The translations under genes and the position numbers were made by a program. Shown here in pieces: positions 1 through 11,001 of a DNA stretch of 64,000 nucleotides. The notes beneath the pieces are model-generated. The model saw only the letters and a program-made list of their open reading frames with translations, was not told where the DNA came from and ran no database searches. This stretch comes from a virus (lineage: Duplodnaviria; Caudoviricetes): positions 32,001-96,000 of IMG/VR virus record IMGVR_UViG_3300033073_001153; one strand, given 5' to 3'. Positions within the stretch are counted from its first letter, which is position 1; every line of letters starts with the position of its first letter.

Positions 1-100
1 AAAGACAGATCCTAAAATGAGAGAAACATTAAAGGCTGGAATGCAACTTGGTAGAATGACCAAACCAACTACTGGATCAACTCCTACTAGTACATTTTAA

Positions 101-502
101 ATGATATCGTTTAGTAGATATTTTTACGAAAGCACTGAAGAATTTTCACAAAGAGAAAAAGTGAAAATTCTTGGTGTTGGTAATTATATTGCTAAAGTAG
201 ATAGTGGTAATGATGGATATTGTGTTTTACACGGAGATAATATCTCTATAAATGGCGAAGAAGTATCATTTGATACATTTGAAGGTAAAACTATAAAAAA
301 GCCTTTAATCGATACAATTAAAGTAAACGTAGGGGCTGGAACACACGAAGAACGTCCAGTAGTAGAATTTGATATAGAAATTAAAAAAGAACTTCACAAA
401 AAAGTAAAATTCTCTATTGGAAATCGAAAAAATAACGATGAGAAAGTTTTAATAGGTTTAAAGTTTTTAAAACCAATTAAAGCAGTGATTGAAATTAAAT
501 AG
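101..502 (+). CDS. Retropepsin-like aspartic protease (RimK-associated 'Zn protease' family)
   Basis: AKVDSG motif, ERPVV and C-terminal VLIG motifs typical of the family. Confidence 0.7.
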   Translation: MISFSRYFYESTEEFSQREKVKILGVGNYIAKVDSGNDGYCVLHGDNISINGEEVSFDTFEGKTIKKPLIDTIKVNVGAGTHEERPVVEFDIEIKKELHKKVKFSIGNRKNNDEKVLIGLKFLKPIKAVIEIK

Positions 503-506
503 TTAT

Positions 507-1640
507 ATGAGTAAATTTTCGGATCTTATACAAAAAAAGCACGAAATGCTAAAAGTTACCATGAAGGTAGATCCTGCCGCATGTAAGAATGGAGAAATTA
601 CTCATTTTCAAGAATACGTAGGATTTGTATTGGCAGAAAAAGAATTCGAAAAAACCTACGAAAAGTTATTAAAAAAATATACATTACAAAATGAAGGGTT
701 TTTTGATACGGTAAAAGGAGCGGTGAAGACAATGGCAAAAGTTGTAACTCCTATAATAAACAATCCAATAACAAGAAGATTGGCTAAAGATATAACAGAA
801 CCTTTTACAGATCCAAAATATAATCCATTCGTTGGACACGGAGCTAAACCTGTAGATAAAACAGAAGCAGGTCAAATAATTTCAGAAATAGAATCGGAAT
901 GGTTAGATATAAATAAAATAATAATATTTGATGCTTCGAAATATGGATATGGTATACATAAAAAATCTTTTAAAGATTTAGCGGCTAAAGATCCAGAATT
1001 GAATAAATGGCTTAATTTTATAAGAAAATCTGTAAAGGAAAAATATTCATATAAAGATTTGACTAATACATTATTAGAAAAAATTAATATAACACCAAAT
1101 CCTAGATTTCAAAGAAATATTCCACAAAGAGTTCCACAAATAGTTCCACAAAAAAATACTCAACAAGTTCCTCAATTAAATTCTAGTAAGCCTCAATCTA
1201 AGTCGCCACAAAAAAAGAAAAAAATATCTAGAATTTCTAGATACGCTCCAAAAATAAAAAAATATATAAATAAAAAAACAAATCAACAGGCAAAAAAACC
1301 AATACAAAAACCAATTATAGATTATGTATCTGTTATAAAAGGAGGTATAAATCAAACTGATTTAAATAGTCAGCTTCCTATAAGGAATATGCAAAACGTA
1401 TATCTCCCTATGATAGAAAAAAAGATAAAAGAAGAAAATGCTAAGAGAAAAGAAATGAGAGAAGATAACTTGAAAATAAACTCTCAAGATGTTTGGAAAA
1501 CTCTAGTACAAAAAGTTGAAACTTTATTTAAAGCGTCCAAAACTTATACAAGTGATGAAAAAATAACATGGACTTTTATGTTAGCGCAACCAAGTAAACC
1601 AATTGTACTTACTTATGATCCAATGAATCAGCCTAGTTAA
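507..1640 (+). CDS. Hypothetical protein with Q/P/K-rich low-complexity middle
   Basis: Long ORF; start moved to ATG 507, 5 nt after TAAATA (496-501). Confidence 0.6.
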   Translation: MSKFSDLIQKKHEMLKVTMKVDPAACKNGEITHFQEYVGFVLAEKEFEKTYEKLLKKYTLQNEGFFDTVKGAVKTMAKVVTPIINNPITRRLAKDITEPFTDPKYNPFVGHGAKPVDKTEAGQIISEIESEWLDINKIIIFDASKYGYGIHKKSFKDLAAKDPELNKWLNFIRKSVKEKYSYKDLTNTLLEKINITPNPRFQRNIPQRVPQIVPQKNTQQVPQLNSSKPQSKSPQKKKKISRISRYAPKIKKYINKKTNQQAKKPIQKPIIDYVSVIKGGINQTDLNSQLPIRNMQNVYLPMIEKKIKEENAKRKEMREDNLKINSQDVWKTLVQKVETLFKASKTYTSDEKITWTFMLAQPSKPIVLTYDPMNQPS

Positions 1641-1927
1641 TGGAACCTAATTTAGAAAGAGTTTATACTTCTCAAGTACAACCTAAAGGATCTGTAAGAG
1701 GAGGATCAAGTGGTGGTGCTTTTGGAGCAGTATATGAACGTGATCCTCATTTTAAAAAATTAGAAAACAGCGTTTTTTCTAAAATAAATGAATTGACTAA
1801 AGAATTTGAAGAACCAAAGGCAACTAGAGAAGAATATAAGAAAATTGAAGTAAAATCAGTTTCTCTAGAAGATGCTATGAAAGAGTTATTGGAATTAGAA
1901 AAACATAGTAGTTTCGAACATTTTTGA
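1640..1927 (+). CDS. Hypothetical protein
   Basis: ORF coupled to the upstream stop (TAATG). Confidence 0.55.
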   Translation: MEPNLERVYTSQVQPKGSVRGGSSGGAFGAVYERDPHFKKLENSVFSKINELTKEFEEPKATREEYKKIEVKSVSLEDAMKELLELEKHSSFEHF

Positions 1928-1939
1928 TAAATATTATAG

Positions 1940-2683
1940 ATGGCAAAAGAACCTAAACCTGAAAAGGTAAAGAAGGAATCGCCTTATGTCTTTCAAAGAG
2001 ATAAAGTGAATTACGAATTAAATGTAAAAGAATTGCCTTGGACTCCTAAGCAAAAAGAAATAATAGATTTAATTTTAGATAAAAAAACTAAAATTGTATT
2101 TTTAAGTGGTCCCGCAGGTACTTCTAAAACTATTTTGTCGGCTTATTGTGCATTAAAAATGCTAGATGATAAAAAAATTAGTGATGTCGTTTATATACGT
2201 TCTGTTATTGAGAGTGCTTCTAAATCATTGGGTTATTTACCCGGTTTAGCTGAACAAAAAATGGAGCCTTATGCGGCTCCTCTTATGGACAAAATGGAGG
2301 AATTAACATCAAAAGGAATTTGTAATAAATTAATGAGTGAAGAAAGAATACATGCTACACCTATTAATTTTCTAAGAGGAGCTTCCTATAATGTTAAATG
2401 TATCATTGCTGATGAAATGCAAAATGCAGAATTTAGCGAAATTACTACTATTATAACTCGTATTGGAAATTTTAGTAAATTTATTTTCTGTGGTGATCCT
2501 ATGCAAACAGATTTAAAAGAAAAACATAAATCTGGCTTCAAACCTATGTATGATTTATTCAATAATGAAGAATCAAGAGAAAATGGTATATTTTGCGTAG
2601 AATTAGGAAAAGAAGATATTGTCAGATCTGAAATTCTTAAATTTATTGTGGACAAACTAGAAATTTATAAGAAAAAAGATTAA
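1940..2683 (+). CDS. phoH: PhoH-like ATPase
   Basis: GPAGTSKT P-loop, LGYLPG, FLRG, DEMQN, GDPMQTD, DIVRS motifs. Confidence 0.93.
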   Translation: MAKEPKPEKVKKESPYVFQRDKVNYELNVKELPWTPKQKEIIDLILDKKTKIVFLSGPAGTSKTILSAYCALKMLDDKKISDVVYIRSVIESASKSLGYLPGLAEQKMEPYAAPLMDKMEELTSKGICNKLMSEERIHATPINFLRGASYNVKCIIADEMQNAEFSEITTIITRIGNFSKFIFCGDPMQTDLKEKHKSGFKPMYDLFNNEESRENGIFCVELGKEDIVRSEILKFIVDKLEIYKKKD

Positions 2684-2687
2684 TCAG

Positions 2688-2716
2688 TTGATTTAATACT
2701 TTTCTGTTGTTATAAT
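2688..2716 (+). promoter_or_regulatory. Sigma70-like promoter (TTGATT-17-TATAAT)
   Basis: Canonical spacing; ATG of the Nudix gene 6 nt after the -10 box. Confidence 0.6.
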
Positions 2717-2722
2717 CCCATC

Positions 2723-3133
2723 ATGGATGATAATGATACGAATAAAATTGCCAAGATCTTGATCTTGAACAAAGATAAGGTTCTTCTTTTAATGTCTAAA
2801 CATCTGAAGAAGTTTCATCTTCCCGGAGGTCACATTAAAAATAACGAAACTTTCACACAAGGATTGAATCGCGAAGTTAAAGAAGAGACTGGATTAACTA
2901 TTTCTTGGTCTAAAATTATTTTTTGTAAGCCTAATTTTTGCCTTTATAAAGGAGGAGTGTATGCTTCTCCAGTAAAACTTAGCGAAGAACATGATGGATA
3001 TGTTTGGGCTAAAATCGAAGATGCTCACAAATATCCTCTTTGTAATTATACTAAAAGAGATATTTGGGGATTACAGAAGAGTTGGGAAAAGATGAAAGCA
3101 AGAAAGAAACCGCTTGAAAATGGTGGTTATTGA
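2723..3133 (+). CDS. Nudix hydrolase
   Basis: Nudix box GGHIKNNETFTQGLNREVKEETGL; LSEEH..Y.W. Confidence 0.9.
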   Translation: MDDNDTNKIAKILILNKDKVLLLMSKHLKKFHLPGGHIKNNETFTQGLNREVKEETGLTISWSKIIFCKPNFCLYKGGVYASPVKLSEEHDGYVWAKIEDAHKYPLCNYTKRDIWGLQKSWEKMKARKKPLENGGY

Positions 3134-3150
3134 TAGTAATATAATAACTT

Positions 3151-3912
3151 ATGCGAATTGGAATTTCTGGTAGTATTAATGTAGGCAAAACAACACTAGT
3201 AAACGACTTTTTAAGAGCTTGGCCAAATTATAAAACTCCAGAATCCTCATACAGAGATCTTCTAAAGTCTGGTAATTATCCACATAGTAAGAAGTGTAAC
3301 AAAGAGGGACAGTGGGCAATTCTCAATCATATGATTGATGAAATGCAAAAGTATTCAAAGAATGATAATATCATTTTTGATCGTAATCCATTAGATTGTT
3401 TAGTTTTTACTTTGTGGGCGGCAGAAATGGAAACTTCCGATATCGATAAGTCTTTTATCGATAAAATGATTCCTATTGTTAAAGAATCTTTGAAATATCT
3501 CGATTTGATTCTTTTTATTCCTATTACTCAACATTCTCCAGTAGAGATTGTAGATAATGGAAAACGTGAAACAGATCCACAATATATTGGAGAAATTGAT
3601 AACATTTTTAAAGCATTGGTATACGAATACCAACATTCTTTAGGAAAAACTCCTTTCTTTTCTGCTGATGATACTCCTGCTATCATCGAAATTTTCGGAA
3701 AGCCTGAAGAAAGAATTCTTTTAATTCGTCAATATCTTGATGAAAATGGTAATGTATACGGAGAAGAAGACGATACTATTTTAAATCCAGAAAATATCGA
3801 AGATCTAGAAAGATTAATCGCTCAACAAGTACAAGAAGACGAAAAAGAAAAGAAGATTAAAGAGCAAGAAAGAATGATTCGTGAATTTGCTAAGAAAACT
3901 AAAATTTCTTAA
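3151..3912 (+). CDS. P-loop nucleoside/nucleotide kinase-like ATPase (AAA_28-like)
   Basis: N-terminal GSINVGKTT and FDRNPLD motifs. Confidence 0.7.
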   Translation: MRIGISGSINVGKTTLVNDFLRAWPNYKTPESSYRDLLKSGNYPHSKKCNKEGQWAILNHMIDEMQKYSKNDNIIFDRNPLDCLVFTLWAAEMETSDIDKSFIDKMIPIVKESLKYLDLILFIPITQHSPVEIVDNGKRETDPQYIGEIDNIFKALVYEYQHSLGKTPFFSADDTPAIIEIFGKPEERILLIRQYLDENGNVYGEEDDTILNPENIEDLERLIAQQVQEDEKEKKIKEQERMIREFAKKTKIS

Positions 3913-4519
3913 TAGCAATTACATTATAAATTGCTTCTTCTTCTGCGAAGCCTTCTTCAAATGTTATGGCAGTTTTTGCACTTAATGCTAGTATATTAGT
4001 ATAATATTTATAGAATCCTCCTTTTATTGTAATTACTCCGTTATCTATTGTAGTTACATATGCACTTTGTTTAGTAGCATATAAATTTGCTGGAGTGATT
4101 ATAATATCACTTGGTAATAAATTTATAGAAGTAGAAAGCGGAGATAAAATATTAGATCCTTGTGCTGCATTAAGTGGTATTTTTATTTGTGTTTTTGCAA
4201 CATAAGTATCTTGTAATGTATTTACTTTCGCAGATAAGTCAAAAACCGAAGTAGATAATGCTTCTATTTTTAAACTGTTTTCATCAATATTAGCAGAAAG
4301 CGAATTATCTGCTGCTATATATCCTGCTGATAGATTTAAAATTGCTGTAGAGTTTTGTTCTACAGTAGTAGTAATAACTGTATTTGCAGTAGGTATAATG
4401 AAATTAGCAAAGTCTATAATATGAGTACCAGTAGAGGTTTCTATTAATAGATATTCTCCATTATTAGGTTCAGTAATCTCTGGTAAATCTTTGATATTTA
4501 TAAATATTTCATTAGCCAT
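3899..4519 (-). CDS. Hypothetical, possibly virion structural protein
   Basis: INIKDLPEIT N-terminus resembles fibre-attachment domains; upstream TAAATA box. Confidence 0.5.
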   Translation of the reverse strand: MANEIFINIKDLPEITEPNNGEYLLIETSTGTHIIDFANFIIPTANTVITTTVEQNSTAILNLSAGYIAADNSLSANIDENSLKIEALSTSVFDLSAKVNTLQDTYVAKTQIKIPLNAAQGSNILSPLSTSINLLPSDIIITPANLYATKQSAYVTTIDNGVITIKGGFYKYYTNILALSAKTAITFEEGFAEEEAIYNVIAIKKF

Positions 4520-4549
4520 TTGAATTATTTACACTAACTGATAAATTTT

Positions 4550-5500
4550 GTGGTGAAAATTTTAGTAACTGGAGGATACGGATTTATCGGAAGTAATTTT
4601 ATCAATAAAATTATAGAAAAAGACGAAGTAGAATTTATTTTTAATATAGATTCGTGTACTTATGCTGGAAATAAAGATAATATTAATGTAGACTCATCGT
4701 TAAAATATAAATTAGAAAATATAGATTCTGATATAAATGACACACATTTAATAGAAAATTTACTATATGTTAATAAAATTACACATTTAGTACATTTTGC
4801 TGCGGAAAGTCATGTTGATAATTCTATATCAAATCCTGATAAGTTTATAAAAACAAATATTAATGGTACTTTTTCTCTATTAGAAGCTAGTAGAAAATAC
4901 GGTAAATTAGAAAGATTTCATCATATTTCTACCGATGAAGTTTTTGGATCTTTAACAGATATAGGATATTTCACAGAAACTACACCATATGATCCACGTT
5001 CTCCATATTCTGCATCAAAAGCAGCTAGTGATCATTTAGTTAATAGTTACTTTCATACATATAAACTTCCTATTACTATATCAAATTGTTCTAATAATTA
5101 TGGACCTAGACAACACGAAGAAAAGTTAATTCCTAAAATTATTAAAAACATACAACAAGGAAAAAAAGTTCCTATTTATGGTAATGGAAAGAATATCAGA
5201 GATTGGTTATATGTAGATGATCATTGTGATGGAATTTGGGAAATTATAAAGAACGGTAAAACTGGGCAATCTTATAATATCGGAGGAGATTGCGAAAGAA
5301 ATAACATCCAAATTTTACAAACTATATGTTGTTTGATGAATGTACCTTTCGAAGATACTATAGAATATGTAGAAGATCGTAAAGGTCATGACTATAGATA
5401 TGCAATAGATTTTTCTAAAATTAGAAATGAATTAAACTGGACTCCTAAAACTAATTTTATAGAAGGATTAATGAAGACTATTGAATTTTATTCATTTTAG
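4550..5500 (+). CDS. rfbB: dTDP-glucose 4,6-dehydratase
   Basis: TGGYGFIGSNF, HFAAESHVDNSI, ISTDEVFG, YSASK, RDWLYVDDH, DRKGHDYRYA. Confidence 0.95.
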   Translation: MVKILVTGGYGFIGSNFINKIIEKDEVEFIFNIDSCTYAGNKDNINVDSSLKYKLENIDSDINDTHLIENLLYVNKITHLVHFAAESHVDNSISNPDKFIKTNINGTFSLLEASRKYGKLERFHHISTDEVFGSLTDIGYFTETTPYDPRSPYSASKAASDHLVNSYFHTYKLPITISNCSNNYGPRQHEEKLIPKIIKNIQQGKKVPIYGNGKNIRDWLYVDDHCDGIWEIIKNGKTGQSYNIGGDCERNNIQILQTICCLMNVPFEDTIEYVEDRKGHDYRYAIDFSKIRNELNWTPKTNFIEGLMKTIEFYSF

Positions 5501-5514
5501 TTTATAATTATATT

Positions 5515-6300
5515 ATGTCTAATAAAATTGGTTTAGGAATCATGACATATAAACGTCCTGATTACTTTAAAAAGATTTTTTCTTCTGTTCCTAAAAATAA
5601 ACTTGATGAACTTGTCGTTGTTAACGACGGAACCCCATATGATTTTGAAATTGAAGCGAATTTAATTCAACACGAAACAAATAAGGGAATCGGCATCAGT
5701 AAGAATGATGCCATGAAATATCTTTTAAATAAAGGATGTGATTCCATCTTTTTAATGGAAGATGATATCCTTATAAAGGATTCTTCTGTATTTGAAAGAT
5801 ATATAAACGCTTCTAAAGAAACTGGAATTCAACACTTCAATTACAGTCAGCATGGTTTGATGAATAAATTTCCAAATTCAGAAACCCCAAATCCAAGAGT
5901 TAAAATTGATTATAGAAATAATATTTCAATAGAACTTTTCCCCCATTGTGTTGGGGCATTTTGTTTTTATACTAAAAAATGCTTGGATAAAGTAGGATTG
6001 ATGGATGAAAATTTCTTTAATGCTACAGAACATTTAGAACATACTTATAATATTATTAAAAACGACATGCATCCTCCTTTTTGGTGGTTTGCTGATATAA
6101 AAGATTCAAACAAATATTTGGGTGATATTCCTTGGTCAGTTAGTACAAGTACTATTTCTTCTTCACCTAAACATATAGAAACAGTGATGAAAGGGCATCA
6201 GTATTTTCATAAAAAACATGGTGAAGAATTATTAAAGATACCTTCTGTATCTGTAGAGGTTGTACAAAACAAATTAAAAGAAATTTACAAAAATAAATAA
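5515..6300 (+). CDS. Glycosyltransferase family 2
   Basis: TYKRP, VVNDG, MEDD motifs. Confidence 0.85.
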   Translation: MSNKIGLGIMTYKRPDYFKKIFSSVPKNKLDELVVVNDGTPYDFEIEANLIQHETNKGIGISKNDAMKYLLNKGCDSIFLMEDDILIKDSSVFERYINASKETGIQHFNYSQHGLMNKFPNSETPNPRVKIDYRNNISIELFPHCVGAFCFYTKKCLDKVGLMDENFFNATEHLEHTYNIIKNDMHPPFWWFADIKDSNKYLGDIPWSVSTSTISSSPKHIETVMKGHQYFHKKHGEELLKIPSVSVEVVQNKLKEIYKNK

Positions 6301-6301
6301 A

Positions 6302-7033
6302 ATGGATAATATAACTTTAGCAACGTGTTCATATAATACACCAGACGTAACAATAACTATGTTACGTTCTTTTTTCAAACATCACGAAAGTACAAATGTA
6401 TTAGTTTGTGAAAATTCTTCAAATGAAGATACTGTAAAGATTTTAACAGAAAATAAAGTTTCTTTCATAAGAAACAAAGGAGGTTTACATGCGCCTTCTG
6501 TAGATTTATTAATAGAAAATTGCAAAACTGATTACATGTTATTAGTTGATACAGATGTAATTTTTTTAAAAAATCATGAAGACATTTTTGAACAATTCAA
6601 ATCAGCTAATTTAACTTTATTGGGAGAAATTTGTGGAGATAGAGGAGGCAAACGTCTTCATAAGAGAGTGCATCCTTGGCATTGTTTTATTAATGTAAAA
6701 AATGTAAAAGAAAATAAAATTAAGTTTTATGACTACGAACGTCAAATTAAAAGAGACGGTTCGCCTATATATGACGTAGGAGCCAGCTTTTTTGAAGATA
6801 TTAAGAACGCTAATTTAAAAATTGCACATGTTAAATTAGAAAATATCTATTATACACATTACGAAGGTATGTCTTGGAGAACATTAAAATATGGATCTAA
6901 AGATGGAAATATTGATGTTGATCCAGAAGCAACCCATAATAATGAAGGATTGTATAATTACGGAAAAATGGTAGAAAAACTTTATATGGAAGAAATTTCA
7001 AAGCATAAAAACTCAGAAATAAAAGCAAAATAA
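6302..7033 (+). CDS. Glycosyltransferase family 2-like
   Basis: SYNTP, ENSS, LVDTD DxD motif. Confidence 0.75.
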   Translation: MDNITLATCSYNTPDVTITMLRSFFKHHESTNVLVCENSSNEDTVKILTENKVSFIRNKGGLHAPSVDLLIENCKTDYMLLVDTDVIFLKNHEDIFEQFKSANLTLLGEICGDRGGKRLHKRVHPWHCFINVKNVKENKIKFYDYERQIKRDGSPIYDVGASFFEDIKNANLKIAHVKLENIYYTHYEGMSWRTLKYGSKDGNIDVDPEATHNNEGLYNYGKMVEKLYMEEISKHKNSEIKAK

Positions 7034-7035
7034 TT

Positions 7036-7782
7036 ATGAAAATATCTTTTTTAATATCCCTTTTTATTGATAGCGATGACAGATTATCTAATTTAGATGC
7101 TTCTGTTGGAAATTTGCAATATCATTTTCCAGATCATGAAATCATATTATCCGAAATGGATAAAACTTCTAAATTAAAAAATCGGTATAAAAACGTAAAA
7201 CATATTTTTACAGAATCTGATAAATTTTTCAATAAACAGAAATGTTATAACATAGGTTATAATAATTCAGAAAATGAAATTATCTGTTTATACGATGCTG
7301 ATGTAATTTTAAAAGATAGAACAATCAAAAGAACCATAGAAATTTTTGAAAAAGACGAGTCGGATTTAGTGTATCCTTATAATGGATATTTTTATGATGT
7401 TCCTAAAAATTTACATAGTAAAATAAATGAAAGTAAAGGATTAGATGATGTATCTGTAAACGAATGTAAATTATTAAGTGATAGGAGTGTAGGAGGAGTT
7501 GTTTTCTTTAAAAGAGATGTTTTTGAAAAAGGAGGAAAAGGAAACCAAAATTTTATTGGAGCTGGTTATGAAGATAATGAAATATTTGAAAGATTTAAAA
7601 TGTTAGGATATCGTATATCTAGAATAAATGTTCCATTGTTTCATTTGACCCATGAAAGAAAAGAAACTTCTTTTGATCATAATCCATATGATGGGCATAA
7701 TAAAAAAGAATTTTTCAGAGTATGTAGAATGAATAAAGAGCAATTATTAGAGGAAATTAAAACATGGAATTATGAAGTGTAA
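7036..7782 (+). CDS. Glycosyltransferase (GT2/GT7 galactosyltransferase C-terminal type)
   Basis: FNKQKCYN, YDAD, FIGAGYEDNE, LFHLTH. Confidence 0.8.
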   Translation: MKISFLISLFIDSDDRLSNLDASVGNLQYHFPDHEIILSEMDKTSKLKNRYKNVKHIFTESDKFFNKQKCYNIGYNNSENEIICLYDADVILKDRTIKRTIEIFEKDESDLVYPYNGYFYDVPKNLHSKINESKGLDDVSVNECKLLSDRSVGGVVFFKRDVFEKGGKGNQNFIGAGYEDNEIFERFKMLGYRISRINVPLFHLTHERKETSFDHNPYDGHNKKEFFRVCRMNKEQLLEEIKTWNYEV

Positions 7783-8605
7783 ATTATACGCAAAAGATAC
7801 TATTTTTAAACATGGGTTATATACCATGAATCCATCTCCTATTGCTAGGCATTCTAAATATATGCAATGGGATTTCAATCCACCTGAAAACAATGATGAT
7901 ATTCAGATTGTATACACAGAAACTAGTTTTAATCTTGTTCGTCCAAAAAGCAAAAATAATATCGGATGGATTATAGAATCTCCAGAATATCATAAAAAAC
8001 ATTACGATAAGATAAAAAAAGATAATAGTTTATTTAAACATGTAATAACTCATGATAAAGAACTATTAGATAGTAGTAATATTTTTAAATTTTCACCAAT
8101 GGGAGGTTCTTGGTTATACCAAGAAGATATTGGAATACACGAAAAAACCAAGAATTACAGTATTATTTCTTCTTGGAAAAACGAATTATCAGGACATAAA
8201 TTACGTCATCAAATAATAGCAGGATCTGGAAAAAACATTGATGTATATGGAAATGGATACAATCCAGTACAGAAAAAGATAACTGCATTAAAGGATTATA
8301 GATACAGTTTTTGTATAGAAAATTGTAAGAAAGATTATTATTTCACCGAAAAATTAATTGATTGTTTTTTATCTGGAACAATTCCGATTTACTGGGGATG
8401 TCCTTCTATTGGTGATTTTTTTAATCTCAAAGGAATGATTATATTTGACGATCTTTTAGAACTGAAAGATAAGTTGAAATTATGTACGAAAGAATATTAC
8501 GGAAATAATAAAGAGTACATAATTGAAAACTTCAATAAAGCTCATAAGTATTTGCTCGCAGAAGATTACATCTTCGAAAATAGTAAAGAATTGCTTTATC
8601 TTTAA
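7772..8605 (+). CDS. GT10-family fucosyltransferase-like protein
   Basis: YRYSFCIEN...YFTEKLIDCFLSGTIPIYWG signature. Confidence 0.85.
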   Translation: MKCKLYAKDTIFKHGLYTMNPSPIARHSKYMQWDFNPPENNDDIQIVYTETSFNLVRPKSKNNIGWIIESPEYHKKHYDKIKKDNSLFKHVITHDKELLDSSNIFKFSPMGGSWLYQEDIGIHEKTKNYSIISSWKNELSGHKLRHQIIAGSGKNIDVYGNGYNPVQKKITALKDYRYSFCIENCKKDYYFTEKLIDCFLSGTIPIYWGCPSIGDFFNLKGMIIFDDLLELKDKLKLCTKEYYGNNKEYIIENFNKAHKYLLAEDYIFENSKELLYL

Positions 8606-8651
8606 TTTTTAAACTATTGAAAATATCGATTAATGTGGTATATTATTAATA

Positions 8652-9818
8652 ATGACTGATCCGTTAAACATTCCTCTTGTAAGAGATACTATTAGTAAAT
8701 CAAATATTGATAATTTGATTAATTGGTTGCATACAAATCCTATTTTAACTAAAAATAAATTAACTGTTCAGTTTGAAAAAGAATGGTCCGAATATTTAGG
8801 ATGTAAATATTCTGTTTATGTGAATTCTGGTTCTAGTGCTAATTTAGCAATGATTTATTCTTTGATTCAATCAAAAAGATTAAAAAATGATAAAGTGATT
8901 GTACCTGCCGTATCTTGGACTACTACAGTAACTCCAATAATACAATTTGGATTAACACCAATTCTTTGCGAATGTGATAAAGAAACCCTTGGGCTAGATA
9001 TAGAACATTTAGAAAAATTAATATTAGAACATAATCCATCCGTTTTGATGTTGGTTCATGTTTTAGCATTTCCCTGCAAAATGGATGAGATTTTAAATTT
9101 ATGCGAAAAGCATAATATAATCTTATTAGAAGATTCGTGCGAATCTATTGATTCTACTTATAAAGGAATTAAAACTGGTAATTTTGGATTAATGAGTACA
9201 TTTTCTTTCTATTATGGACATCACATGTCTACTATTGAAGGAGGAATGATTTGCACAAATGATGAAGAAATATATAGATTATTGATATCTTTAAGATCCC
9301 ACGGATGGGACAGAGATCTTGATGTAGATTATCAGAAAAAGATAAGAAAAGAACACAATGTAACAGATTTTCGTGCTCTTTATACTTTCTATTATCCCGG
9401 ATTTAATTTACGTTCTACTGACTTACAAGCATTTCTAGGATTAGAACAGTTGAAAACAATGGAAGAATTTTCCAAAATTAGAAACAGAAACTTTAAAATA
9501 TATCATTCGGTTATTAAAAATGATTTTTGGAAGATTAAGGATTATGATTATTGTTTTTATTCTAACTTTTCTTATCCTATCATAACTCCTAAAATAAATG
9601 AACTGGTAAAAGAATTAAAAGAACATAATGTAGAATCTCGTCCATTAATTTGCGGATCTATCGGAAAACAACCATACTGGATTAATTTATACGGAGAAAC
9701 AAATTTAGAATTTGCTAATCTGGTACATGATAATGGACTATATCTTCCGAACAATCATCAAATGACAGAAGAAGAAGTTACCAAATTATCAGAAATTGTT
9801 AATAATGTTTTGAATTAA
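8652..9818 (+). CDS. colD: PLP-dependent GDP-4-keto-6-deoxy-D-mannose 3-dehydratase (ColD-like, DegT family)
   Basis: NSGSSANL, PAVSW, EDSCES; His in place of the Schiff-base Lys (GHHMSTIEGG); RSHGW. Confidence 0.75.
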   Translation: MTDPLNIPLVRDTISKSNIDNLINWLHTNPILTKNKLTVQFEKEWSEYLGCKYSVYVNSGSSANLAMIYSLIQSKRLKNDKVIVPAVSWTTTVTPIIQFGLTPILCECDKETLGLDIEHLEKLILEHNPSVLMLVHVLAFPCKMDEILNLCEKHNIILLEDSCESIDSTYKGIKTGNFGLMSTFSFYYGHHMSTIEGGMICTNDEEIYRLLISLRSHGWDRDLDVDYQKKIRKEHNVTDFRALYTFYYPGFNLRSTDLQAFLGLEQLKTMEEFSKIRNRNFKIYHSVIKNDFWKIKDYDYCFYSNFSYPIITPKINELVKELKEHNVESRPLICGSIGKQPYWINLYGETNLEFANLVHDNGLYLPNNHQMTEEEVTKLSEIVNNVLN

Positions 9819-9826
9819 AAGAATTT

Positions 9827-10609
9827 ATGAAAAGAAATGCCACTATTTTTATTAGAAGAAATGCTGGATTCTTTTCAGATTTTCTAACTTGTTTAGCAGG
9901 AATAAAATATTGTCATGATAATGACATAAATTTTTATATAGATTGGAATAATTTATGTTATCCTACTATAAACGGAAATAATTTATTTGATGAATTTTTC
10001 TTCCAAGAAAAGAAGAATGAAAATTATGATATATTTTTTTATAATTTAACTCCATACGGGTATATGTTTACTGATGTTGAAAATGAAAGTTCAACACATA
10101 ACCTATATGATTTTTATAAACCTTTTTCTGATTTATTACATAATTTAAAAATTTTAGATACTCCGTTTTTTAATAAAATACCAAATTATTTTCAAAATAA
10201 AAAAGTTTTAGGATTTCATAAAAGAGGAACTGATCATTATCAGCATGGTAGTATTTTATCGGATGAATATTTTTCTTCAAAAATAGACGAAGAACTTAAA
10301 AAAGATAATTATGATAATATTTTCATGATTACTGATGATTTAAATTCTTTGAATTTTTTTAGAAATAAATACGGAAATTTTTTAATATCTACAGATGCTA
10401 TTAAAACTGACGGAAATATAGGACTTCATATGCTACCATTAAATGATAATAGACATTTATTGGCTCCGCAAGCAATATTAGATTCTTATCTTCTTTCTTT
10501 AACTACCAAAAAAATAGTTACTAAAAGTAATTTGTCTACTTTTAGTATTTTATGTAATTTAAAATTTGACAATTTTATCTATATAGATAAAAATATAGCA
10601 TATAGCTGA
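9827..10609 (+). CDS. NodZ/GT23-like fucosyltransferase
   Basis: AGFFS, GFHKRGTD, MITDD, SNLS motifs. Confidence 0.7.
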   Translation: MKRNATIFIRRNAGFFSDFLTCLAGIKYCHDNDINFYIDWNNLCYPTINGNNLFDEFFFQEKKNENYDIFFYNLTPYGYMFTDVENESSTHNLYDFYKPFSDLLHNLKILDTPFFNKIPNYFQNKKVLGFHKRGTDHYQHGSILSDEYFSSKIDEELKKDNYDNIFMITDDLNSLNFFRNKYGNFLISTDAIKTDGNIGLHMLPLNDNRHLLAPQAILDSYLLSLTTKKIVTKSNLSTFSILCNLKFDNFIYIDKNIAYS

Positions 10610-10648
10610 TAAAATGGCAATTCTAGAATAACTAGAAATTCAAAAATT

Positions 10649-10996
10649 ATGAAACATCATGTCGTAGAAAAATCTTGGGGTAGTGAAGAATGGATAGTGA
10701 ATAGTCCAAAATACTGTGGAAAATTATTAAGAATTTTTAAAGACAAAAGTACATCTTGGCATTATCATAAATTAAAAGATGAAGTAATGTATGTACATAC
10801 TGGAAAAGTTTTGATTAAACATGGATATAATGAAGATATAAATCATTTTAGTATTAAAGATGTAATACTTTTTTCTGGAGAAAGTTTTCATATTCCTACA
10901 GGGTTGATACATAAAATTATTGCCTTAGAAGAAACTGAATTGTTTGAATTTTCTACAGAACATTTTGATTCTGATAGTTATAGACTATTTTCTTAA
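10649..10996 (+). CDS. Cupin, mannose-6-phosphate isomerase-like
   Basis: EKSWG.E, SWHYH..KDE, IPTG.IH. Confidence 0.8.
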   Translation: MKHHVVEKSWGSEEWIVNSPKYCGKLLRIFKDKSTSWHYHKLKDEVMYVHTGKVLIKHGYNEDINHFSIKDVILFSGESFHIPTGLIHKIIALEETELFEFSTEHFDSDSYRLFS

Positions 10997-11001
10997 TTAA
11001 A